Below are positions 1 to 8,581 of a stretch of DNA of 64,000 bases, piece by piece. A program made the position numbers and the translations under genes. The DNA lies in contig JBBANJ010000001.1 in assembly GCA_040402055.1 (NCBI GenBank), positions 9,838-73,837 on the forward strand. The letters are read 5' to 3'. Below the pieces are notes generated by a model. That model worked only from the letters and a program-made list of their open reading frames with translations, was not told the origin of the DNA and made no database searches. How positions within the stretch are numbered: position 1 is the first letter of the stretch; each line of letters starts with the position of its first letter. The stretch comes from Ilumatobacteraceae bacterium (lineage in GTDB: Bacteria; Actinomycetota; Acidimicrobiia; Acidimicrobiales; Ilumatobacteraceae).

Positions 1-64
1 CAGACGCCTCATACTTACGGACAACGAATTCGCCCACGTGTAGTGGTTCCGGAGCAACAGACAT
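1..64 (-). CDS. hypothetical protein, 5' end only (runs off the window)
   Basis: There is an ATG at 64 (minus strand), 13 nt after the fabZ stop. The frame stays open to position 1 (MSVAPEPLHVGEFVVRKYEAS...). It is too short to assign a function. Confidence 0.3.
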   Translation of the reverse strand, partial: MSVAPEPLHVGEFVVRKYEAS

Positions 65-77
65 TCGTCTCACGTCT

Positions 78-506
78 TTACCGATCAACAAGTACGAACA
101 TCAGATCGCATTCGCATGCAACCTTTCCGTTCAGCAGAGCTCTGCCTGAACCTTTGCCGCCGCGAGCACTGATGTGACCAAGCGTGGCTTGCAATTCGAG
201 TTCATCGCCTGGGCCTACTTGCCTGCGGAAGCGAGCTCCGTCAAGTCCACCGAATAACGGAAGTTTTGACTGATGCAACGGGTCGGTCAATAGCGCGTAC
301 GCACCCAACTGGGCAATCGCTTCACACATCAGGACACCGGGCAATGTTGGTCGCCCCGGAAAGTGCCCAGGAAAGAACCATTCATCCCCAGTCAGCTTCC
401 AGTGCCCCACAGCTGTCACACCAACTTCAAGCGATGTAACGCGGTCAATAAAAAGAAATGGCGGACGATGTGGCAACACATCAATCGGAAGAGGAAACGT
501 GCTCAC
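78..506 (-). CDS. fabZ: 3-hydroxyacyl-ACP dehydratase FabZ (hot-dog fold)
   Basis: 142 aa with the FabZ signature LPHRPPFLFIDRV...FFPGHFPGRPTLPGVLMCEAIAQ (catalytic His and Glu context). The GTG start overlaps the bcp stop (GTGA). Confidence 0.85.
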   Translation of the reverse strand: MSTFPLPIDVLPHRPPFLFIDRVTSLEVGVTAVGHWKLTGDEWFFPGHFPGRPTLPGVLMCEAIAQLGAYALLTDPLHQSKLPLFGGLDGARFRRQVGPGDELELQATLGHISARGGKGSGRALLNGKVACECDLMFVLVDR

Positions 507-952
507 TTCTTCAGAGCCTTCAAAAGATTGGCCGGCGTATCAGCCGGAGAGATCTTGTACCACGCGTTCAGAACGACTCCGTCTTGAATCAGAAACGCAG
601 AACGGACAATACCCATGTACTTCTTTCCGTACATCGACTTCTCTTTCCACACGTCAAAGGCTTCTGCGACTGTATGTTCGGTATCAGCAAGCAATGTGAA
701 CCCAAGTTCGTATTTGTCATCAAACTTTTTCTGCTTTTCTGGCTTGTCAGGACTTATCCCAACAATCACGGTGCGACCTATGACATCCTTGATGTCACGA
801 AGACCACACGACTGGGTGGTGCAACCGGGAGTATCAGCCTTTGGGTAGAAGTAAACAAGAACCTTCTTCTTGCCTAACGATGCAAATGAAAACTTCTTGC
901 CGTTCTGATCGAGCAATTCAATCTTTGGTGCTTTGGATCCGTCAGTCAACAT
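503..952 (-). CDS. bcp: thiol peroxidase / peroxiredoxin Bcp (PrxQ type)
   Basis: 149 aa with an AhpC/TSA fold. The peroxidatic and resolving Cys lie in FYPKADTPGCTTQSC. Confidence 0.9.
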   Translation of the reverse strand: MLTDGSKAPKIELLDQNGKKFSFASLGKKKVLVYFYPKADTPGCTTQSCGLRDIKDVIGRTVIVGISPDKPEKQKKFDDKYELGFTLLADTEHTVAEAFDVWKEKSMYGKKYMGIVRSAFLIQDGVVLNAWYKISPADTPANLLKALKK

Positions 953-973
953 GCTGTAACGGTAGTTCCTTGA

Positions 974-1294
974 TTAGGAAGGTTTGCGCATTCCATGGCC
1001 GAAGAAACCCTTTTTTGGTCGAGCATGGGCGTGATAGTGGTCTGGGATCGTACGCATGTCGTCGTCAATACGCATTTCAAACGTAAAGAACTCAGCAACA
1101 ATCACAGACAGCCTCTCATGAAGGCGTGCTTTCACTTCTTCGCTTGGAAACGCGTTATGTTCGCGCCACACCACCATTGGTACAGAACAACTTTCGCATT
1201 CAGCTATCCAACATTCTTCATCTTCATAGAACCACTCGGACATCTTGGCTGCTTGACACAGTTCGCAGATGCCTTCACCGAAGAAGTTCACCAA
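974..1294 (-). CDS. small Cys-rich HIT-superfamily-like protein (divergent)
   Basis: 106 aa. The N-terminal CELC...CWIAECESC aligns with the CIFC...EDD...PxxxxHxLVIPK layout of HIT proteins. The C-terminal DHYHAHARP resembles the HxHxHxx histidine triad. The start is TTG at 1294 or GTG at 1291; the GTG overlaps the trpA stop as GTGA. Confidence 0.45.
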   Translation of the reverse strand: MVNFFGEGICELCQAAKMSEWFYEDEECWIAECESCSVPMVVWREHNAFPSEEVKARLHERLSVIVAEFFTFEMRIDDDMRTIPDHYHAHARPKKGFFGHGMRKPS

Positions 1295-2067
1295 GTTGCA
1301 CCATCAAGTGCTTTACGAACTTCTGCGACGAACAGACCGACAGCTTCAGAACCGCCCTCAACCATGCGGTTAACAACTGATGCCCCCATAATCACACCAT
1401 CTGCGACCCGACTGGCTTCTACAGCTTGTGCAGCATTTGAAACACCCACACCAATAAGTACCGGCTTAGTCGTGATCTTCTTTACTCGCGCAGCAAGAAT
1501 GGTTGCAGTCAATGCCAATTCAGCGCGTTCGCCCGTGACACCAAGAAGTCCCACGGAATAGACGAAACCACGTGCACGCTCTGCAACACGAGGGAGACGA
1601 CTATCTGGAGCTGTCGGCGCTGCAAGCATCACCGTTTCGATACCAGCTGCGTCTGCTGCTGCGCACCAATCCCCTGCTTCTTCAAGCGGCAAGTCGGGCA
1701 CAATTGCAGCGGATACTCCTGCAGCAACAAGATCATTAGCGAAACGTTCATGCCCTGCGTGAAATACGGTGTTGTAGTAACACATCACAGCTAACGGAAC
1801 ACCGACGTCAAGACTACGAATATCTTGGAAAATTGAAACGGGAGTTGCTCCGGCTTCCAATGCAATCTGCGAGGCTTTTTGAATGACAGGACCGTCCATC
1901 ACTGGATCAGAAAAAGGAATTCCAATTTCAATCGCATCCGCTCCGTTAGCTGCACACGCACGTACGGCGTCCACCCATCCCGGATATCCACCTGTGATGT
2001 ACGGAACAAGACACTTGCCGCCACCATCAATTCGACTACGCAATGTGGCTTCAAGCCGACCGGTCAT
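1288..2067 (-). CDS. trpA: tryptophan synthase alpha chain
   Basis: Carries the motif [19 protein letters not shown] chose the internal ATG at 2067, which overlaps the trpB stop as ATGA. The longer ORF to 2196 lies inside trpB. Confidence 0.9.
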   Translation of the reverse strand: MTGRLEATLRSRIDGGGKCLVPYITGGYPGWVDAVRACAANGADAIEIGIPFSDPVMDGPVIQKASQIALEAGATPVSIFQDIRSLDVGVPLAVMCYYNTVFHAGHERFANDLVAAGVSAAIVPDLPLEEAGDWCAAADAAGIETVMLAAPTAPDSRLPRVAERARGFVYSVGLLGVTGERAELALTATILAARVKKITTKPVLIGVGVSNAAQAVEASRVADGVIMGASVVNRMVEGGSEAVGLFVAEVRKALDGATW

Positions 2068-3230
2068 GCGAGGTCTTTCAAGATTGACATCATCTGACCA
2101 ACATCCTTGTCGCCGCGACCAGACAGGTTCATAAGAACAGTCTTTCCTTGCATGTTCTTCGCTTCGCGACTGATCCATGCCATTGCGTGAGCACATTCAA
2201 GAGCCGGGATAATTCCTTCTGCTCGTGACATCAATTGAAATCCGGCGATCACTTCATCATCTGTAACGGTTGGGTACTCTGCACGACCGATAGACGCAAG
2301 ATATGAATGTTCTGGCCCGACGCCAGGGTAATCAAGCCCTGCCGAGATGCTGTGAGCCTCTGCAACTTGACCATATTCGTCTTGCATCAAGAAACTCTTC
2401 ATTCCGTGCACAACACCTGGTTGACCACGAGACACTGCAGCACCGCCAGCAGGTTCCACACCAATCAGACGAGCAGGTGTATCAATAAAGCCAGAGAAGA
2501 TTCCCATTGCGTTCGAACCGCCACCTACACAGGCGACCACGAAATCTGGAGATGTACCGGTTGCTTCATTCATTTGTTCGAAAGCTTCGTCACCAATTAC
2601 ACGGTGAAATTGACGAACCATGAACGGATACGGATGAGGGCCCATGACGGAACCGAGGCAATAGTGGGTGGTCTCTACGGAGGCCACCCAATCACGCATT
2701 GCTTCGTTAACCGCATCTTTTAACGTGCGGCTACCAGAGGTGACGCCTTCAACTTCAGCTCCAAGCAGGCGCATACGAAACACATTGAGTTCTTGGCGCG
2801 CGATATCAACTTCGCCCATGTACACCTTGCACTCAAGGCCCAATAACGCCGCAGCAGTAGCAGACGCAACACCATGCTGACCTGCGCCTGTCTCGGCAAC
2901 AATTCGCTTCTTGCCCATGCGCTTTGCCAACAACACTTGGCCGAGAACGTTATTGATTTTATGAGAACCGGTGTGGTTCAGATCTTCGCGCTTTAAGAAC
3001 AAACGGATACCCAATTGTTCACTGAGGTTGTGACACTCAGTAATCATGCTCGGACGGCCCGCGTATTCACGGAGCAATTGGTCAAGGTCAGCGCGGAACA
3101 ATGGATCGTTCCAAGCATCTGCAAACGCCGCTTCCAACTCTTGACATGCTGGAACTAAGGTTTCGGGTACGTAGCGTCCCCCGAATTCACCAAAGCGTCC
3201 GTCGGAACCTGGGGTTTGTAAAATCGACAT
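2064..3230 (-). CDS. trpB: tryptophan synthase beta chain
   Basis: 388 aa with HTGSHKINN (PLP lysine) and GGGSNAMG motifs. Confidence 0.95.
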   Translation of the reverse strand: MSILQTPGSDGRFGEFGGRYVPETLVPACQELEAAFADAWNDPLFRADLDQLLREYAGRPSMITECHNLSEQLGIRLFLKREDLNHTGSHKINNVLGQVLLAKRMGKKRIVAETGAGQHGVASATAAALLGLECKVYMGEVDIARQELNVFRMRLLGAEVEGVTSGSRTLKDAVNEAMRDWVASVETTHYCLGSVMGPHPYPFMVRQFHRVIGDEAFEQMNEATGTSPDFVVACVGGGSNAMGIFSGFIDTPARLIGVEPAGGAAVSRGQPGVVHGMKSFLMQDEYGQVAEAHSISAGLDYPGVGPEHSYLASIGRAEYPTVTDDEVIAGFQLMSRAEGIIPALECAHAMAWISREAKNMQGKTVLMNLSGRGDKDVGQMMSILKDLA

Positions 3231-3284
3231 CTACTTATTCCACCACGAATTGGGCCGAATTACATCACCAATTGGTATGACATG

Positions 3285-3938
3285 TCACTCGTCACGCCAG
3301 TCATACGGCACAAAACTGCCGCCGTCATATTCTTCGGGTGCTGCCGCCCTGGCATTTTCAATAAAACGCTTCATAAGTATGGGATTTTTACGCCCAGGGC
3401 TTGATTCAACACCACTACTTACGTCCACTCCCCACGGGCGAACGATAGATATCCCGCTGGCCACGTTCTCAGGGGTGAGGCCTCCGGCCAGGATGAGGTG
3501 AAGCCCTTCAGGCAACTCTGCTGCCATCTTCCAATCAAACACTGCGCCCGAACCAGGCTCCGGTGCGTCGACCAAAATCATTTTTGTTTCAAACTCGTTT
3601 GCACGGGTTGCATCTACAGTTCCGGCTGCCACCGCTTTTATAACGGTACGTACATGTAGCGACACTGCAGCGACATCTGCGGGGCTCTCGTGACCATGCA
3701 GTTGAGCTGCCTTCAGACCACTCGATTGCACAAGTTCAATTACACGTTTTGGGAGCTCGTCGCGAAACACCCCTACGGTCAGTATCTCTGGCGGTATCCG
3801 CCGTGTGATGTCATAGACCTTCTGGACTGCAACTTGGCGCACCGATGGCGCGAAAATGAAACCAATTGCATCGGCGCCTAGCGCAACAGCCAAAAGAGCA
3901 TCGTCTTCATTGGTGATGCCACAGATTTTAACGAACAT
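3285..3938 (-). CDS. trpF: phosphoribosylanthranilate isomerase
   Basis: 217 aa. N-terminus MFVKICGITNEDDALLAVALGADAIGFIF and ILAGGLTPENV are typical of PRAI. It has a roughly 30-aa C-terminal extension. Confidence 0.85.
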   Translation of the reverse strand: MFVKICGITNEDDALLAVALGADAIGFIFAPSVRQVAVQKVYDITRRIPPEILTVGVFRDELPKRVIELVQSSGLKAAQLHGHESPADVAAVSLHVRTVIKAVAAGTVDATRANEFETKMILVDAPEPGSGAVFDWKMAAELPEGLHLILAGGLTPENVASGISIVRPWGVDVSSGVESSPGRKNPILMKRFIENARAAAPEEYDGGSFVPYDWRDE

Positions 3939-3966
3939 GCCCTAACGGTAGTCGTGCTGCGAGGGA

Positions 3967-4758
3967 CTACTGAGCCTCATTATCGACGCAGAGTTCAGTG
4001 AGAGCAGCTTCTGGGTTCGGTGATGTCACCAAATGCTCCCCCACCAAAATCGCGTCATAGCCAGCTGCCCGCAGTGCAATCGCGTCCTCGCGGCCGCGCA
4101 CTCCCGATTCAGCCACCTTCACTACATGATCAGGAATCAGAGGAGCCATACGAACTGCCCGAGCTTGATCGACTGCAAAAGTAACGAGGTCACGTTGATT
4201 CACGCCGACCAATGTGGCACCTGCGCGCATCGCAACATCAAGTTCAGCCTCATCGTGCACTTCGACCAGTGCATCAATATCTACTTCGCGACACACTTCC
4301 AGAAATGAGGACAACTCATTAGGCGTCAGAACAGCTGCAATCAATAAAACACAATCGGCGCCCATAGTTCGCGCATCGCAAATATCACGTACATCAACCG
4401 TGAAGTCTTTACGAATTACAGGGATAGTTGTTGCTTCTCGCGCATTCTGGAGATCTGCCACCGACCCGCTGAAGTGATTGGTGTCTGTCAAGACCGACAA
4501 ACAAGAAGCTCCACCCCGTTGGTACTGAAGTGCCAACGCAGCCGGATCGAGACGTGCGTTCAGGTCTCCCTTAGAAGGCGACCTTCGCTTAATCTCTGCG
4601 ATGACAGCCAGATGCGGTGTGTCACGAATACTGGAGGCAAACCCGCGCGTGGGCACACAACTTTTTGCCTCTGAAAGCAGATCAGCAAATGAACGCGTGT
4701 CGTCATGCGCGCGCTGGCGATGCCAAGCGACGATGTCGTCTAGGTACGTGCGCGTCAT
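3967..4758 (-). CDS. trpC: indole-3-glycerol-phosphate synthase
   Basis: 263 aa with IAEIKRRSPSKG, LSVLTD and FTVD..Q/RDICDAR-type IGPS motifs. Confidence 0.9.
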   Translation of the reverse strand: MTRTYLDDIVAWHRQRAHDDTRSFADLLSEAKSCVPTRGFASSIRDTPHLAVIAEIKRRSPSKGDLNARLDPAALALQYQRGGASCLSVLTDTNHFSGSVADLQNAREATTIPVIRKDFTVDVRDICDARTMGADCVLLIAAVLTPNELSSFLEVCREVDIDALVEVHDEAELDVAMRAGATLVGVNQRDLVTFAVDQARAVRMAPLIPDHVVKVAESGVRGREDAIALRAAGYDAILVGEHLVTSPNPEAALTELCVDNEAQ

Positions 4759-4785
4759 GTCAGTTCTGCACTCGTACGAGACGGA

Positions 4786-5091
4786 TTAGAGGCCCTTGCC
4801 GCCAAGTGGGGTGAGGAAGAACATCTCTGGACGTCCACCCATGAATGGTGCAAGAGTCTGACTAAAAGGTCCGAACCAGTCAGCTGTCATATGCGCGTTC
4901 ATCGCATCTTGGTTTTCATAGATCTCATAGATCCACAGAATGTCAGCATTAGTGGCATCAGCGTGAAGCACGTACATACGTGTACCTGCTTCTTTGTTTA
5001 CATGCTCGAAGGCTGCTTTAAATGCCTCAGCAAGTTCGGCACCTTTTCCCTCAGCTGCGGGAAGTTTTGCTAGCAATGCGACTGTGCTCAT
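4786..5091 (-). CDS. antibiotic-biosynthesis-monooxygenase (ABM) domain protein
   Basis: About 100 aa with a ferredoxin-like ABM pattern (LWIYEIYENQDAMNAHMTADWF). I preferred the ATG at 5091 over the TTG at 5121. Confidence 0.7.
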   Translation of the reverse strand: MSTVALLAKLPAAEGKGAELAEAFKAAFEHVNKEAGTRMYVLHADATNADILWIYEIYENQDAMNAHMTADWFGPFSQTLAPFMGGRPEMFFLTPLGGKGL

Positions 5092-5157
5092 GATGAACCA
5101 TTCTTTCTGGCGATATGCCAATCTGATGTGACGATATTACACGCCACCTTCGTCAGG

Positions 5158-6465
5158 CTAAAAGCCGAGGATAGACGTGACTTCTGAAAGCAAACTGGCG
5201 ATTGGGACTCGTACTTGTTCTGTTGAATCACGATGCCGGATTGTAACCGCATTGTCTTCCAAAGAATCAAAGTCGACCGTTACACACAAGGGAGTTCCGA
5301 TCTCGTCCTGGCGACGATAACGACGTCCAATTGCTTGGGTCTCGTCGTAGTCACACATGTACCGCTGAGACAATGTTCCGTAGATCTCACGAGCAAGCGG
5401 AGTCAAATTGTCCTTCTTTGAGAGAGGCAAAATAGCAACCTTGTACGGTGCCAGACGCGGGTGCAAACGCAACACAGTGCGAGGCTCGTCGTTCACAACA
5501 TCTTCGTCATAGGCAGCCAACAAAAAGGCAGCCATTGTGCGGTTAGCACCAGCAGCTGGCTCAACTACATACGGGACATATCGTTCGTTCGTAGCCTGAT
5601 CAAAAAAATCGAGTTTCTGCCCGGAAGCCTTCGCGTGTTGGGTGAGGTCGAAGTCAGTGCGTTGCGCGATGCCTTCTAATTCGCCCCATCCCCAAGGGAA
5701 CAAGAATTCAACGTCACTAGTGCCTGCCGAATAATGAGAGAGCTCATCGGCGTCATGCGCGCGGATGCGCAACATCTCAGCGGGAATTCCTAATTCGATG
5801 TACCAGTCAAGACGAGCCTTGCACCAGTATTCATACCACTTAGGACCATCTGCAGGAGGAACAAAGAATTCCATTTCCATCTGTTCGAATTCGCGAGTAC
5901 GGAAGATGAAGTTTCCAGGAGTGATTTCATTACGGAAGCTCTTACCAACTTGGGCAATTCCGAACGGAGGACGCTTGCGACTTGTCTGTAGGACATTAGA
6001 AAAGTTCAAGAACATTCCCTGTGCGGTCTCAGGGCGAAGGTACACATCTGCACCAGAACCTTCAACAGGACCAGCCGTTGTTTTGAACATCAAGTTGAAA
6101 GCACGTGACTCAGTAAAGGCACATCCCTTCATCCCTTGTGGGCAATCACGAGTCTCGATGTGGTCTTCGCGAAAGCGGCGTTTACACACCGTGCAGTCAA
6201 CGAGAGGGTCAGAGAAATTCTCTAGGTGGCCAGATGCTTCAAAAACTTGTGGGGGGCCAAGGATGGCTGCATCAATGAGCACTGTGTCGTCACGTTGTTG
6301 CACCATGGTGCGAACCCAGGCTTCTTTAACATTACGAAGCATCAATGACCCGAGTGGGCCGTAGTCATACGACGAGCGAAAACCTCCGTAAATTTCAGCA
6401 CTAGGAAAAACGAATCCGCGGCGCTTACACAGATTGACAATCTGATCGAGATCTTTAGCTGGCAT
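5158..6465 (-). CDS. glyQS: glycine--tRNA ligase (dimeric class II)
   Basis: 435 aa with N-terminus DQIVNLCKRRGFVFPSAEIYGG and class II motifs FRNEITPGNFIFRTREFEQMEMEFF. Confidence 0.95.
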   Translation of the reverse strand: MPAKDLDQIVNLCKRRGFVFPSAEIYGGFRSSYDYGPLGSLMLRNVKEAWVRTMVQQRDDTVLIDAAILGPPQVFEASGHLENFSDPLVDCTVCKRRFREDHIETRDCPQGMKGCAFTESRAFNLMFKTTAGPVEGSGADVYLRPETAQGMFLNFSNVLQTSRKRPPFGIAQVGKSFRNEITPGNFIFRTREFEQMEMEFFVPPADGPKWYEYWCKARLDWYIELGIPAEMLRIRAHDADELSHYSAGTSDVEFLFPWGWGELEGIAQRTDFDLTQHAKASGQKLDFFDQATNERYVPYVVEPAAGANRTMAAFLLAAYDEDVVNDEPRTVLRLHPRLAPYKVAILPLSKKDNLTPLAREIYGTLSQRYMCDYDETQAIGRRYRRQDEIGTPLCVTVDFDSLEDNAVTIRHRDSTEQVRVPIASLLSEVTSILGF

Positions 6466-6476
6466 AGCCTCTCAGC

Positions 6477-7196
6477 CTACAAGTGACGGTCGAACACTCC
6501 GAGGCTTCGCAATCGTCGTTCGAGATGAGATTCCATAGCTTCCATCGCCAATTGACTGACTTCGTGCACTGCTGGAGACTCTGGCAAAGCAAGTGCTTCG
6601 TTCATCCGGCCTCCGAGCACCATTCGCAACACGTCAAGAGCCTGCGATGAGATGGGAACCCCAGAGCGACACGCTGAACAGTGACCCCCACCTTCAAGAA
6701 CATCAAAAGAGACGATATTGCCGGCCTCCCCGCATCGAACACATTCATCAATCTGAGGACCATTGCCTTCAATTGTCAAAAGGCGCCAATAGAAAGCGCC
6801 CAACATCAAAGGCGAGTGCCTTTCGTTGAGAGCGTGTAGGGCGCGGGACAAGACCTCGTACAAATGCGGCACTGGCTCACGATCAGGCGTCAACTTATTG
6901 ACAGCCTCCAGCATTGAGAGACCTTGATTCAGGCGATCAAAATCTGTCCGAAGTGCCGAATGTGTATGAACCAGTCTCACCTCTGAAACTGTGTCGAGAT
7001 CTTTGCCTGATCGAAGAGATACATCGACATGACTCATCGGTTCTAATCGTGCTCCGATTGATGACTTGGTTTTGCGCACGCCTTTTGCAACTGCGCGAAT
7101 CTTTCCGTGCTCTTGCGTTAACAGAACAACCACGCGGTCAGCTTCACCAAATTTGTAAGAGCCCAATACGACAGCATTGTCGCGATACGTACTCAC
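6477..7196 (-). CDS. recO: DNA repair protein RecO
   Basis: 239 aa with an OB-fold N-terminus (AVVLGSYKFGEADRVV) and the zinc motif CVRCG...CSAC. The GTG start overlaps the upstream stop (GTGA). Confidence 0.9.
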   Translation of the reverse strand: MSTYRDNAVVLGSYKFGEADRVVVLLTQEHGKIRAVAKGVRKTKSSIGARLEPMSHVDVSLRSGKDLDTVSEVRLVHTHSALRTDFDRLNQGLSMLEAVNKLTPDREPVPHLYEVLSRALHALNERHSPLMLGAFYWRLLTIEGNGPQIDECVRCGEAGNIVSFDVLEGGGHCSACRSGVPISSQALDVLRMVLGGRMNEALALPESPAVHEVSQLAMEAMESHLERRLRSLGVFDRHL

Positions 7197-7813
7197 GAAT
7201 CGAGCCCACCAAAACGACGATGGCGTCGATTGAAGTCGTCAATTGCAAGTTCCAAATGGTTGGCAGTAAACGCGGACCAAGCAAGATCGATAAAGACAAT
7301 TTCGCAATATGCCAACTCCCAAACCATGGACTCGGGCATGCGATCAGGTGGACCTAGTACGAGGACCAAATCTGCATCTTGTGTCGCAGGCGCCAAAATT
7401 GCTTGGGTCAATGTCTCTTCATCGATTGATTCAGGGTCGACTCCCTGAAGTCGCATTGATTCGACTACCGAGGAGAACCTGCGATGCCCATCGGACGAGG
7501 GATCAACAATAATGGTCTGCTTTGCATTGCGGTGCCATACATATCGCTCGCAATATCCAACATTTTCAAGAACAACTTTGCCCGTTTTCAGCAATTCCAC
7601 TGAAAACCTCACTGCTTCTTCAGCCGACAACTCTTGCCCATGATGTGGCAACAAGGTGACCCAATGTGCTCCACTGCTTTTCACACCAGCGGCTAGGGCA
7701 TCGAGGCGAAGAGTCCAGTCTGCAGTAGACATCTCTGCCCATTGAGCAGGGGTGCCTCCCGAGACGACCACATGGTCTAGTCCGGGGAATGTTGGCAAAG
7801 CACTTTGAGGCAC
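7193..7813 (-). CDS. catalytically degenerate cis-prenyltransferase (UppS) paralogue, NgBR/Nus1-like, retaining the C-terminal RXG motif
   Basis: It aligns end to end with the neighbouring UppS. DGNGRWA is replaced by SGGTPAQWA, FSTENW by LLPHHG, and RTSGESRISNF by VLGPPDRMPESM. It ends DDFNRRHRRFGGLDS. A GTG at 7813 has a GGGAG RBS 8 nt upstream. The ORF is open to the TTG at 7858. Confidence 0.7.
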   Translation of the reverse strand: MPQSALPTFPGLDHVVVSGGTPAQWAEMSTADWTLRLDALAAGVKSSGAHWVTLLPHHGQELSAEEAVRFSVELLKTGKVVLENVGYCERYVWHRNAKQTIIVDPSSDGHRRFSSVVESMRLQGVDPESIDEETLTQAILAPATQDADLVLVLGPPDRMPESMVWELAYCEIVFIDLAWSAFTANHLELAIDDFNRRHRRFGGLDS

Positions 7814-7891
7814 ACCACAGTCTCCCACGCACCCACCTCTGAAACCGATGCACGGCAATATGGCACACGGAGAAACTAGGGTTCAGATGCC

Positions 7892-8581
7892 ATGAATGTC
7901 CCTACTCTGCCGAAGCCAATCCACGTGGCCTGCATTATGGATGGCAATGGCCGTTGGGCTAGCCGCAAAGGACTGCCCCGCACAGACGGACACACCGCCG
8001 GCGAAGAAGCGCTTGCGGGTGTGGTTCGAGCATCTGCCAAACGATCAGTTGGTTGGCTCACGGTGTTTGGTTTCTCAACGGAGAACTGGGTTCGCCCACG
8101 CACCGAAGTACGTCACATCTTGTCTCTCCACCGCAAACTGTTTGGTCGCATCAATGAGATGAACGAAAACAACGCTCGCACTCGATGGATCGGGCGTCCT
8201 TTTGCTGAACCTGGTGCTCGCACCCCTGTCTATGTTCAAAAAGCCATTCGAAAAGCAATAGCCGATACAGAGCACAACACAGGTCTTGTTGTAACTGTTG
8301 CTTTCGATTATGGAAGTCGCGCCGAATTAGTTCGCGCAACACAGCGAGCTATGGCAGCTGGCACAGTCACCCAAGACAGCATCACTCAGAACATGTATGA
8401 CCCGTCTATGCCTGCCGTAGACCTTTTGGTACGAACGTCTGGCGAATCTCGAATTTCTAATTTTATGCTGTGGCAGATCACTGGTAGCAAAGTGTTCTTT
8501 ACCGAACGCACGTGGCCAGATTTTGATGCCGCAGAACTTGATCTTGCACTTGCTGCATATTCCACTGGCATCTCGTCATGA
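7892..8581 (+). CDS. uppS: isoprenyl transferase / undecaprenyl-diphosphate synthase-type cis-prenyltransferase (C-terminally short)
   Basis: 229 aa with catalytic blocks HVACIMDGNGRWA, FGFSTENWVRP, LLVRTSGESRISNFMLWQ and WPDFD. It ends ...AAYSTGISS without an RRFG tail. The stop overlaps the dinG ATG (ATGA). Confidence 0.9.
   Translation: MNVPTLPKPIHVACIMDGNGRWASRKGLPRTDGHTAGEEALAGVVRASAKRSVGWLTVFGFSTENWVRPRTEVRHILSLHRKLFGRINEMNENNARTRWIGRPFAEPGARTPVYVQKAIRKAIADTEHNTGLVVTVAFDYGSRAELVRATQRAMAAGTVTQDSITQNMYDPSMPAVDLLVRTSGESRISNFMLWQITGSKVFFTERTWPDFDAAELDLALAAYSTGISS

Noticed and set aside
995-1561. 188-aa plus-strand ORF
   Set aside because: It lies entirely antisense to the HIT-like gene and trpA, both of which have clear family motifs. 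The sequence is low-complexity and S/T/A/R-rich, typical of a shadow ORF.
4759-4785. trp attenuator or leader peptide upstream of trpC
   Set aside because: The gap to the preceding ABM gene is only 27 nt. There is no Trp-codon-containing mini-ORF and no alternative hairpins.
5765-6364. 199-aa plus-strand ORF
   Set aside because: It is antisense to glyQS, whose class II aaRS motifs are unambiguous.
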